This document shows, one piece after another, positions 33,726-42,014 of a stretch of 45,983 bases of DNA. Numbering within the stretch: the first letter of the stretch is position 1; the number at the start of each line of letters is the position of its first letter. Where the stretch lies: assembly GCA_963840885.1 (NCBI GenBank), contig CAWJAN010000004.1, forward strand, positions 1 through 45,983. The letters run 5' to 3'. The notes below the pieces were generated by a model, which made no database searches, was not told where the DNA came from, and saw only the letters and a list, made by a program, of their open reading frames with translations. The position numbers were made by a program, and so were the translations under genes. Origin of the DNA: an uncultured bacterium (GTDB lineage: Bacteria > Patescibacteriota > Minisyncoccia > Phycocordibacterales > GWA1-40-21).

Positions 33726-36301
33726 TTTATATGAAATATTTTCTTAAAAAACGATTTAATTATACCCCAAAAATCTCCTCCTTCATTTGATTCTATCACA
33801 GTTGCCGTAAGATTTTTAGCCGAAACAGCTGTTGAAAGTATAGATTTCTTGGTTTCCTTTAAATTATTAGCGCTTTCAATCTGTATGACAGTTTGTACAT
33901 AAGGCTTATTGCTGATAACTGCTACGGATTCATCCGATAGGCCTGCATTTGTGCTAGTTCCGTCTATTGTCGTATCTGTATTATCAAAAATACCAGTATT
34001 TTTGTGAGATTCGATTGTTGGAGTACTTGATGTTGGATAATCCGTCGGATAATCGGAAAAAATTGCCACTTCTTTATTATTATTGGAAATATCCTCGGGT
34101 TTGTCTGAAAAAGACGGGTTGAACGATTTAGAGTCTTTCTCATCAAGTATAAATGATGGATTAAGAATTTCTTGTTCTTCATTGCTTCCGGAATTAAATA
34201 TTAAAGTTGTTGTACTGCCGATGACTACTTTACCCGTGAGTTCAGGCGTAACGGGAATATTTCTAAATACTTGTGTAGAATCAATATCATTATCAATTAT
34301 TGACGCATCGGTTATGGTAAATGTTCCTGTTGCGGTTCCCTTTATATTTATATCGTAAGTCTGATTATCATCTGTGGGCAAATAGACAAATTTATGATCA
34401 CCCATAATCTCAAAATCTGCATCCGGAATATTATTTTCAGTACTTGTACCGTCAGATGTAATACCTGTATGATTTCCATCATGGTCATATATATCTATGG
34501 AAACCGGGCTGTATACCGATATGACGCGGCCATTCAGCTTGCATCCTGATATATCTTGAGTAATGCCGGAAACCGGCAATGAACTCGAAGATATTATATT
34601 AACAATTTCCTGCCTAATGCCGTCCTGGCTTAGCATTTTCGCATGGCTGGCATTCAATTCATAAAATTTATTATTTTGGTTTATAGGCAAATTCGTAGAG
34701 CTTATAAGCGGCACTGTTCCGTCACCGGGAATTTCTTCCGGACTATTGTAAGCGACGGCAGAATTTCCAAATATATCTTTGCTATCAGTTTCAATTATAT
34801 TTCCCATAGTTCCTGTCTTGCATCCGTCTATAGCGTAAAGATCAATGCCGGCTGTACGAAGATCGAAATCATCAAATTCAGCGGAATGGAGATTATCTGC
34901 ATCGGACAAACCAAGAGCATTTATTTCATGATTATCCAATAGGAAACGTTCGGTTTCATCGAAATCAAGATCGGTGCTTGTCGAATTGAATAGGTTTTGG
35001 GAAACTATCTTGAAATAACTGCCGTTTTCGTTGAAATACTGCCTGGTTGGTAATAAATCATATATTACAGGAAGATTTTGAGCTATCTTTTTCATTTCAG
35101 ATGTCGATAAGAACGGGATACCTGAATTATCCCCTTCAATAAGAGACTTTATGGCTTGAGGAGCGCCGGTATTAGGCACGCCGACAAAAATGGCTTTGCC
35201 GATATGGTTATCTGACGGATATTCCATAGCATATCTTTTCACAATAAGACCGCCGGTGCTATGAGCTATTATATCCACATTATCTGAACCAGTTTGATTC
35301 AAAATATCCTGTATTTTTTGCTTGAGAAGACTAATATTATTTTCTTCGGTACCGTATCGCCAATCATAAGGTAAGGTAAACAAATCGGTATTTTCTATAT
35401 ATCCTTGGTTTTGAAATTCATTAATTAAACCTTCTGTGTAATCAAATGGAAAAAGTGGTATATCTTCTTTTCTAACAACATCTCCAACAACCAAACTATC
35501 AACAGATGGCGTTAAATCATAATTAAACTGCAAAGGATCCATAAACTGATCTCCGATATCGGTAAGATTATGCAATAAATCCAACCATAATTTCTCAGTG
35601 CTACTTCCTGTCTCTAGGCTAATTTCAGTTCCAAGAACACCTGGAACTATTAAAACTGGAGTTTTTCTCTCTATTACATCAACATTTCTAATTACAGTTG
35701 AAACATTCCCAGCTAAATCATAAGATGTATACGTCACAGGATAAGTTCCCGTAGATGAAGTATCTACACCGTTAAAAGTTAAAATACCATAAGTAATATT
35801 GCCATCTATATTATCAATTGAAGTTGCGCCGGCATCATCATATGATTCTCCTAAATAAACTGTGGCCGGATTATCACCAAGAATATTTATATCCGGCGCA
35901 ATAGTATCAACATTGCTCAAAAGCTGCAGTCCGAAAGACGTAAATATAAAAAGTTCTGAATTTTTTCCATCGCCCCCAACTTGGAAAATATCCCCTATTT
36001 CTGGATTATAACCATACGTATTTACTTTAATGCTATAAGGAAAATCTGGATTATAGCCTGAACAATTGAAGTCCGGATAATAATTAAAAAGATCAAACGT
36101 CGTAGTTGATGTTTTAACATTCAAATACAAGCTTCCATATCCTGAAAAAGGACAGTGTCCTTTGGGCATGGTTATAGAATAACCGGAATCCGTGGCTCCG
36201 AACATATTTATAGGAGTATTCAAAGCAAAAGCGGTATCAATCTGAAAACCACTGAAAATAGCAAAAAATGCGAATAAAATATATTTAAAATATTTTTTCA
36301 T
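33722..36301 (-). CDS. Secreted alpha/beta-hydrolase (LCAT/PGAP1-like lipase) with an Ig-like (DUF5011-type) domain
   Basis: Signal peptide MKKYFKY...AFA; ILGDNPATVYLGESYDDAGA...GTYPVTY Ig-like repeat; PVLIVPGVLG, PYDWR, IAHSTGG nucleophile elbow, GDGTVP, catalytic His in HAKM. Confidence 0.85.
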   Translation of the reverse strand: MKKYFKYILFAFFAIFSGFQIDTAFALNTPINMFGATDSGYSITMPKGHCPFSGYGSLYLNVKTSTTTFDLFNYYPDFNCSGYNPDFPYSIKVNTYGYNPEIGDIFQVGGDGKNSELFIFTSFGLQLLSNVDTIAPDINILGDNPATVYLGESYDDAGATSIDNIDGNITYGILTFNGVDTSSTGTYPVTYTSYDLAGNVSTVIRNVDVIERKTPVLIVPGVLGTEISLETGSSTEKLWLDLLHNLTDIGDQFMDPLQFNYDLTPSVDSLVVGDVVRKEDIPLFPFDYTEGLINEFQNQGYIENTDLFTLPYDWRYGTEENNISLLKQKIQDILNQTGSDNVDIIAHSTGGLIVKRYAMEYPSDNHIGKAIFVGVPNTGAPQAIKSLIEGDNSGIPFLSTSEMKKIAQNLPVIYDLLPTRQYFNENGSYFKIVSQNLFNSTSTDLDFDETERFLLDNHEINALGLSDADNLHSAEFDDFDLRTAGIDLYAIDGCKTGTMGNIIETDSKDIFGNSAVAYNSPEEIPGDGTVPLISSTNLPINQNNKFYELNASHAKMLSQDGIRQEIVNIISSSSLPVSGITQDISGCKLNGRVISVYSPVSIDIYDHDGNHTGITSDGTSTENNIPDADFEIMGDHKFVYLPTDDNQTYDINIKGTATGTFTITDASIIDNDIDSTQVFRNIPVTPELTGKVVIGSTTTLIFNSGSNEEQEILNPSFILDEKDSKSFNPSFSDKPEDISNNNKEVAIFSDYPTDYPTSSTPTIESHKNTGIFDNTDTTIDGTSTNAGLSDESVAVISNKPYVQTVIQIESANNLKETKKSILSTAVSAKNLTATVIESNEGGDFWGIIKSFFKKIFHIK

Positions 36302-36409
36302 TGCAACGTCCAAAACCGCAGATATAATACCATCAACAAAAGAAAATTTGAATTTTCCTGTTGATAACTCTTTTCCAATATTCTTTCAATCTTCTTTCTG
36401 ATTTATTTA

Positions 36410-36427
36410 CCCATTCGTGAGAATGTG
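36410..36427. promoter_or_regulatory. Palindromic operator-like site 1 (CATTC-N4-GAATG)
   Basis: CATTCGTGAGAATG at 36412-36425; its reverse complement matches the site at 36778-36793 at 15 of 16 positions. Confidence 0.55.
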
Positions 36428-36488
36428 TCCTATATCATAAAGTTTAAAAGTTTATATAAAAACTTCCGTAAAAAAATAAAAAGCTTGG

Positions 36489-36755
36489 TTAGATAAGAGA
36501 AATTATGCGCCTAGCCAATTCTGGAATATCCGGAGAAATTCTGTAATATGCCTGAGGACCTTTCTGTTCCCTTTCCAGTATATCCGCGGATAATAGTATG
36601 CCGATATGTCTGGATGTTGATTTGAATGACAATTTTATTTTTTCGGCTATATCGCCGACTGAAGCTTCCTTATAATTTTTAATCAGACCTATAATCGCAA
36701 TGCGTCTTTTATTGGCGAGAGCTTTTAAAATTTTTTCCAATTCTTTTTCTTTCAT
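36489..36755 (-). CDS. ArsR/SmtB family transcriptional regulator
   Basis: LKALANKRRIAII...SVGDIA...STSRHIGILLSADIL...YYRI winged HTH. Confidence 0.9.
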   Translation of the reverse strand: MKEKELEKILKALANKRRIAIIGLIKNYKEASVGDIAEKIKLSFKSTSRHIGILLSADILEREQKGPQAYYRISPDIPELARRIISLI

Positions 36756-36771
36756 ATCTATAATTATATAT

Positions 36772-36801
36772 CATTCCCACATTCGCACGAATGTTGGAAT
36801 G
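36772..36801. promoter_or_regulatory. Extended palindrome over the ArsR promoter (operator-like site 2)
   Basis: CATTCC-C-ACATTCG-CA-CGAATGT-T-GGAATG immediately upstream of the TATAAT of the ArsR gene. Confidence 0.65.
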
Positions 36802-36814
36802 ATTAAATTTAATA

Positions 36815-36982
36815 TTACTTGCTAGATTTTTTGCCGATTTTTTTACCGATTGAGTTTTTATGCTTAAAAAATTCTATCTGGCGCAAGCGCTTTTTGGCAT
36901 CTGCCATCTTTGCATATCTGCCAAAAACTCTTCCTATATTTTCCGACATCACGACATATTTCCCTTTTATCTTTTTAATCAC
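36815..36982 (-). CDS. Small basic protein, 55 aa (not in the ORF track)
   Basis: Hand translation from GTG: MIKKIKGKYVVMSENIGRVFGRYAKMADAKKRLRQIEFFKHKNSIGKKIGKKSSK; TACAAT 6 nt before the start. Confidence 0.72.
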   Translation of the reverse strand: MIKKIKGKYVVMSENIGRVFGRYAKMADAKKRLRQIEFFKHKNSIGKKIGKKSSK

Positions 36983-37041
36983 CTTATTATTGTATATGAT
37001 ACTTGGAAAAACTGAAAATACGTGTTAATCTTTTTTTCACT

Positions 37042-37114
37042 GGGCCCGTAGTTCATCTGGTAGAACGCCTCATTTGCAATGAGGAGGTAAGCGGTTCGAG
37101 TCCGCTCGGGTCCA
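37042..37114 (+). tRNA. tRNA-Ala (anticodon TGC), CCA not encoded
   Basis: Cloverleaf: acceptor GGGCCCG/CGGGTCC with G3:U70, D arm GTTC/GAAC, anticodon arm CCTCA-TTTGCAA-TGAGG, T arm AGCGG-TTCGAGT-CCGCT. Confidence 0.97.
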
Positions 37115-37249
37115 CAAAGACTAAAAACGCGACTGCTCGCGATTTTTTGCTCTTTGTGGAAGACAGAGCGATGTTTTGCTAGCAAGCAAAACCGTGAGTC
37201 AGGGTCGTGAAAATTTTCGAGCGGCGGCGAGAAAATTATTCCTGACCAC
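37111..37249 (+). repeat. Structured palindromic element downstream of tRNA-Ala
   Basis: TCCACAAAGA/TCTTTGTGGA, GTTTTGCT/AGCAAAAC, GTGAGTCAGGG/TCCTGACCAC enclosing AATTTTC/GAAAATT. Confidence 0.55.
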
Positions 37250-37313
37250 AATTATTTTAAAAAATAAAAAAGCCCGGCGGTAAAGCGCGGGCTTCGTGGT
37301 ATTGAGGATATTT

Positions 37314-37745
37314 TTATTTTCCACAATGGCCGTAATAAATAACGTACCAATCCCCGTTCACATCTTGAACTTCCAAGGGACTGGTGAACATTTCGTAATT
37401 CCCAGAGAGTTCTTCACTCATGCGCCTATCGGCAACCTTATTGAAAGCATCAATGGCTGTGCTTCTGGCACTAAAGCGAGTATGACCGTATCCAAGACCT
37501 AACATAAAGTTTTTTCCATACAGTTTCTTTAAGGAAACATACTTGCTAACCAGCATTTTCAGCTGATCCTGCGGTATGGTGCGGCTCATTCTTTCTATGG
37601 TCGCCTGCATATCCATGATCCTGAAAGCCTGATTTTGCGGTTCAACCTTTTCCCTGCTCGGCTGCTCATGCATGACCTCAAAAGCATTAGCGTAATTGAG
37701 CGTAAAGCACGAAAACAGCATGATAAACATGAAAAGCTTTTTCAT
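37314..37745 (-). CDS. Secreted hypothetical protein
   Basis: Signal peptide MKKLFMFIMLFSCFTLNYANA; GGAGG SD; TTGACT-N17-TATTAT promoter; hairpin at 37268-37294. Confidence 0.78.
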   Translation of the reverse strand: MKKLFMFIMLFSCFTLNYANAFEVMHEQPSREKVEPQNQAFRIMDMQATIERMSRTIPQDQLKMLVSKYVSLKKLYGKNFMLGLGYGHTRFSARSTAIDAFNKVADRRMSEELSGNYEMFTSPLEVQDVNGDWYVIYYGHCGK

Positions 37746-37924
37746 GGTCCCTCCAGGACAAGTCTTTGGAAATAACTGCTTAATTCAAGTTAAATAATAT
37801 CATTAAATATGAAAAAAGTCAATATATTAGTCCTTTTTGAGATAAATTCATCTTTTTCTTCTTTACAAAAAATCATGCTTATGCTATAGTTTTTTCCGGA
37901 AATTTAATTTAGAGGAGGCAAAAT

Positions 37925-38131
37925 TTGCCAACAATAGTTCAGGAAATAAGGGTGCATTACCATCCCAGCAACAGCAAAGCCGGGATAATGGGAGTTCGCC
38001 TTCAGGCAGGAGATGTCATTCGGGAGGATGATTATTACTCTTCTGCAAGCGGCAAATGGGAGTATGCTCCCATCGGCCTCGTTATTCCAAAGAATAGCGA
38101 ATTTGTGTGGGTGCGGAAAATGCCCTCATAA
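37925..38131 (+). CDS. Small hypothetical protein (TTG start)
   Basis: GAGGAGG SD; TTTACA-N17-TATAGT promoter at 37862-37890; terminator at 38149-38176. Confidence 0.7.
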   Translation: MPTIVQEIRVHYHPSNSKAGIMGVRLQAGDVIREDDYYSSASGKWEYAPIGLVIPKNSEFVWVRKMPS

Positions 38132-38148
38132 GCGCAATTAAAAAATAC

Positions 38149-38176
38149 GGCCGTCGCTTCGAGCGACGGCTTTTTT
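38149..38176. terminator. Terminator between convergent genes
   Basis: GCCGTCGCT-TCG-AGCGACGGC followed by a T run. Confidence 0.8.
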
Positions 38177-39143
38177 ATTTTCCTTCGACAGCCATTCCTA
38201 TAACATGGTCCAAAAATTGCGTAAGAGATGAGCCGACGGCTTTAAGCGCTTTCGGCATAAGGGATTCTTTCGTAAGGCCGGGCAAGGTATTCGTTTCAAG
38301 AATATATATTCCCCTTTTCGGGCTGACTATGAAATCGGAACGTGAATAATGGCGCAGGCCGAGAGCCTTGTGGGCTTCTATTGCAGCTTTCTGTATGAGC
38401 TCGCTTTCTTTTTCAGAAAAATTACCCGGGCATATTTCCTCTGACTTTCCGGAATATTTCGCGTCAAAATCGAAAAACTCCGCGCTGCTCGGTTTTCTTA
38501 TTTCAATCGGCGGAAGCGGATAGATATTCTGGTTCCTGAAATTCTCTATCACTCCGCAGGTGGCTTCCTTGCCAGGAATATATTCTTCTATTATCGCCGT
38601 ATCGGCATATTTCAAGGATTTTTTCAGAGCCGGAAGGATTTCCTTCATCGTCTTTACCAGAGTTATTCCGTGCGATGAGCCGCTTCCAGACGGCTTTATT
38701 ATCGCCGGCATCGGGAAACTCTTGAAAATCTGCATCGCCAGAGTTTCATTCTCCTCCCCTTTTTTAACAGACCTGTATATCGGCGTCTTTATCTTGAATT
38801 TCTCAAAAATCTTTTTTGCCAGAAGCTTGTTCATGGCGATGGCTGAGCCGAGCGCCCGCGAACCCGTATATTTCACCTGTGAGTGGTCGAGAATCTGCTG
38901 GAGTTTGCCGTCTTCGCCGAATTCGCCGTGAAGAGCGTTGAAAACGACATCATTTCCCTGAAAAACTTTTTCCATATTTACCGGAACTCCTTCCACGTGC
39001 CAGACTCCGTCTTTGGAAATGAATACATCCGTAGGAATGTATTTATCGGAGAGATTATCAATAACGCTTTTCCCTGTTTGGAGAGATACGTCGTATTCTG
39101 AGCTCGGCCCTCCTCGGAGCACTGCGACTTTGATCCTTTGCAT
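38175..39143 (-). CDS. ddl: D-alanine--D-alanine ligase
   Basis: GGPSSEYDVS, NALHGEFGEDG, IKPSGSGSS, FDFDAKY, SRSDF, ETNTLPGLT. Confidence 0.96.
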   Translation of the reverse strand: MQRIKVAVLRGGPSSEYDVSLQTGKSVIDNLSDKYIPTDVFISKDGVWHVEGVPVNMEKVFQGNDVVFNALHGEFGEDGKLQQILDHSQVKYTGSRALGSAIAMNKLLAKKIFEKFKIKTPIYRSVKKGEENETLAMQIFKSFPMPAIIKPSGSGSSHGITLVKTMKEILPALKKSLKYADTAIIEEYIPGKEATCGVIENFRNQNIYPLPPIEIRKPSSAEFFDFDAKYSGKSEEICPGNFSEKESELIQKAAIEAHKALGLRHYSRSDFIVSPKRGIYILETNTLPGLTKESLMPKALKAVGSSLTQFLDHVIGMAVEGK

Positions 39144-39220
39144 GTGATTAATTATATCAGAGCGGAAGGCAAAATAAAAAAGCCCCAGGGATTATCCCGG
39201 GGGCTGTTGCTGCTTGAAAT

Positions 39221-39655
39221 TCACGTAAGGAGAATGCTGGCCTTTCTTTCGGACGAAATTTCCCTCATGATTTCCGTTTCGGTTTTTTTGCTGCGCGCTG
39301 CTTTGGTGACGATGAACCGGAGTATTGAAACTTCCAGCGAATCATCGGTTATCATAGCCGACCTTTGTGCCAAAAGGACAATGCGATGATATTCTACCTC
39401 GGAAAGCGCTTCCTTGATCTCGTTCGAATAGCGCATCGCCATCCACTTCATGCCCCGAATAGTGTCTTCGACACATTTAAGGCACGCTGTGGTTCCATCG
39501 GCAAAACCCTGATGGGGGCTGTCGTGAATCTTGCAATATGCATCGGATTTTACCGCACATCCTATGCAAGCTTGCGTGTCCAGCTTATCTCCGTTTTTTA
39601 CAGGGAGAATGACAATGAGCGGCAAATCGGTTTTATGGCAGATTTCACAGGACAT
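39221..39655 (-). CDS. Cys-rich putative zinc-binding hypothetical protein
   Basis: CEIC, CIGC, CKIH, CLKC motifs; GAGGTGA SD; TTGACA promoter upstream; hairpin at 39178-39208. Confidence 0.75.
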   Translation of the reverse strand: MSCEICHKTDLPLIVILPVKNGDKLDTQACIGCAVKSDAYCKIHDSPHQGFADGTTACLKCVEDTIRGMKWMAMRYSNEIKEALSEVEYHRIVLLAQRSAMITDDSLEVSILRFIVTKAARSKKTETEIMREISSERKASILLT

Positions 39656-39784
39656 TTTTCACCTCGCAAAATTTTGTTTAAGAACTACATTAAATATATT
39701 AACACAATATAACGAACTGTGTCAAATAAAAAGCCCGGCACTGTTTGCACAATGTCCGGGCTGTTTGGGGCAACCTTTTATCGG

Positions 39785-39907
39785 TTACCGCCCTTTTGGG
39801 AGAAAAAGGAAGTCTGTCAGCTTCATCTCTTTTTTCGGCTTTTGGTTAAATTCTTCCTTGGCCTGCTTCAGCATTTCCTTGAAGAATGAGAAGATCTTTG
39901 CTTTCAT
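39785..39907 (-). CDS. Small protein, 40 aa (not in the ORF track)
   Basis: AGGAGG SD then MKAKIFSFFKEMLKQAKEEFNQKPKKEMKLTDFLFLPKGR; TTGACA-N16-TAAGAT upstream; hairpin near 39728-39766. Confidence 0.65.
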   Translation of the reverse strand: MKAKIFSFFKEMLKQAKEEFNQKPKKEMKLTDFLFLPKGR

Positions 39908-40049
39908 TGTTTCCTCCTAGTTTTAAAGTCTGATAATATCTTATCATATATTAATAATTTGTCAAGAATACCATTTTTCTTCAATACTGCTAGGCTAGAA
40001 TCGGAAGCTTTTAAAAAAGCAAATCAAATCTGAATAAGGGGCGGGACCA

Positions 40050-40364
40050 ATGAAAAACGATTATGAGATAATTATTGCACCCAACGCTCTCCGTATCGAG
40101 GTTGATTTCTTGGACGAGAATTTGAAGGAAGAACTCATCTCTGCCATACGGACAATGCATATCGAAAGGACTCTCCCGGAAAAATTCGTTATTCTCGAAA
40201 CTAAGGGATTCGACGGCCAGGCTCGCGAATTTGCGGCCACCCTGTCAAAAAGATCCGGCCGTGCATTCGTTGTTTGCGCCGAATTTGATGATGAGAAAAA
40301 AGCCTATGTAGTCTCGAGCAGCTTATTGCCCGATATGCCCGTAGGCATGATAATTCAGGAATAG
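40050..40364 (+). CDS. Hypothetical protein
   Basis: 104-aa ORF with G-rich SD-like AAGGGG and terminator at 40377-40411. Confidence 0.7.
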   Translation: MKNDYEIIIAPNALRIEVDFLDENLKEELISAIRTMHIERTLPEKFVILETKGFDGQAREFAATLSKRSGRAFVVCAEFDDEKKAYVVSSSLLPDMPVGMIIQE

Positions 40365-40376
40365 CAAACGGAATTC

Positions 40377-40411
40377 AAAATCCCATCTTCGTGTGAAGAT
40401 GGGATTTTTTT
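40377..40411. terminator. Bidirectional terminator
   Basis: AAAATCCCATCTTC-GTGT-GAAGATGGGATTTT. Confidence 0.88.
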
Positions 40412-41648
40412 AATATATCCTGCTTCTTTTTTCCCTGTGGAATTTTATGGCAAATCTGTGAGCTTCGGAATTCGCGAGCAGAATACCGCTCTTGTATTTT
40501 TCTATGAAGTCTTCCCTGCCTGTCATGCTCTCGGGCCTGTGCCTTTCGTTTTTCGTGACAGCTATTACGGCGGAATTTATATTGAGCGAGCTTAAAACTT
40601 TTTCGGCGATATTTTTCTGGGCGATTCCTCCATCCACGGCGACAATATCCGGAAAACGCCATTCCGTATGATTGAATCTTCTTCGCAAAATCTCTTCAAG
40701 GCCGGCAATGTCATTTTGCGAGCTCAATCTTATATTGAATTTCCTATATTCTTTCTTGTCGGCTTTTCCAGCGGTTATGGCTACCATTACCCCTACGGTA
40801 TTTGTGCCGCTTATATGGGCTATGTCGTAAGCTTCAATCCTTAGCGGCTTTTTCAGAGAGCTTGTCTCTCCCCAATTGTCAGCCGAATCGAAATCTTTCT
40901 TAAGAAGCGCTATATCCTGTATATGCTGGAGCGAAAATATTTTTTTCTTTATCTCTCCGGCTTTTTCGAACCTGTGGCTTTTCGCCATCGCTTTCATCTC
41001 CTTTTCAAGGCCTGCCAATATATTCTTCTTTTTGCCCCTGAAGAAAAGTCTGATATCGGAAATATTCTTGCTATAATCTTTTTTTGCTTCCTCGCCTGAA
41101 ATTTCCGGAGCAAGCCCTATCTCCCTGTAAAATCCATAGCCGGTCTTTTTCTCTGAATATCTGTCCATGAACGGGAAAATTTTCCTGACAATTTTCATCG
41201 CATCCCTGAGCTGGCTGCCGTTTATGAACGGGCCGAAAATATCCGTAAGTTTCATTCCTTCAGCTGTTTTCTTCGCAAAATCTATATTCTTTCCCCTCTC
41301 CACAAGGACTTTCGGAAAATCTTCTTTTGTAATGACGACGTAGTTATAGCTTTTATCGTCTTTTTCTATCGTGTTGTATCTTGGCTGTTTTTCTTTTATG
41401 AGATTGGCTTCAAGGATAAGCGCTTCAAGAACAGAATCTGTTTTTATGAAATCTATCTTATTTGCCTGGAAAACCATATCGGCGATCAGGGGGCTTCTGG
41501 TTTCCAGAAGATCGTTTGCAAAATAGCTCTTTACGCGGTCGCGGAGCGAAGTGGCTTTTCCGATATACAAAATCTGTTCTCCTTTTTTGAAAAAATAAAC
41601 TCCTGGCTCGGCCGGCAGCTTTATTTTGCTGAATTCTTGACGGTTCAT
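40410..41648 (-). CDS. uvrC: Excinuclease ABC subunit C, short form
   Basis: GIY-YIG domain (PGVY...LYIGKA), UVR FEKAG, RNase H-like RIEAYDIAH, VDGG, EAHRFAI; ends without HhH. Confidence 0.92.
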   Translation of the reverse strand: MNRQEFSKIKLPAEPGVYFFKKGEQILYIGKATSLRDRVKSYFANDLLETRSPLIADMVFQANKIDFIKTDSVLEALILEANLIKEKQPRYNTIEKDDKSYNYVVITKEDFPKVLVERGKNIDFAKKTAEGMKLTDIFGPFINGSQLRDAMKIVRKIFPFMDRYSEKKTGYGFYREIGLAPEISGEEAKKDYSKNISDIRLFFRGKKKNILAGLEKEMKAMAKSHRFEKAGEIKKKIFSLQHIQDIALLKKDFDSADNWGETSSLKKPLRIEAYDIAHISGTNTVGVMVAITAGKADKKEYRKFNIRLSSQNDIAGLEEILRRRFNHTEWRFPDIVAVDGGIAQKNIAEKVLSSLNINSAVIAVTKNERHRPESMTGREDFIEKYKSGILLANSEAHRFAIKFHREKRSRIY

Positions 41649-41699
41649 AAATGGTGTTATAGCATGACGGAGGAACTAACTCAACGAGGAGGCTATTTA

Positions 41700-41852
41700 A
41701 TGAGACGCATAGATATAGATTTCTCTGGAAATGAAGTGACTACGAAACGGGAAATGACCGCTTTCATTACCGGCATCAAGATGTTCTTACAACAGCTAAA
41801 ACAAGATTTCCCGCAAGTCAGATTTGATTTTTCTTTGATTCCGAAGAATTGA
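41700..41852 (+). CDS. Small hypothetical protein, 50 aa
   Basis: GAGGAGG SD before ATG 41700 (MRRIDIDFSG...); TTGACG-N17-TAGCAT upstream. Confidence 0.6.
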   Translation: MRRIDIDFSGNEVTTKREMTAFITGIKMFLQQLKQDFPQVRFDFSLIPKN

Positions 41853-41864
41853 AAAGGAGGAATT

Positions 41865-41960
41865 ATGAAAGGAAAGAGAAAAAAGCTAAAGAAGATGGAA
41901 AGAAAAGTTAATGTGATTTTGAAGGAGATCAAGAAAAACGAACCCTGCATCATAAAATAA
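41865..41960 (+). CDS. Small basic peptide, 31 aa (not in the ORF track)
   Basis: AAAGGAGG SD then MKGKRKKLKKMERKVNVILKEIKKNEPCIIK; terminator follows. Confidence 0.55.
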   Translation: MKGKRKKLKKMERKVNVILKEIKKNEPCIIK

Positions 41961-41978
41961 CTTTGATTAAACCAAAAT

Positions 41979-42014
41979 CAAAGCCCCGAACCAAAAGGTT
42001 CGGGGCTTCTTTTT
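41979..42014. terminator. Bidirectional terminator
   Basis: AAGCCCCGAACC-AAAA-GGTTCGGGGCTT. Confidence 0.85.

Noticed and set aside
32375-42000. Prophage or integrative element at tRNA-Ala
   Set aside because: No integrase, transposase or phage gene, no direct repeat of the tRNA 3' end found, and core genes (ddl, uvrC) are interleaved
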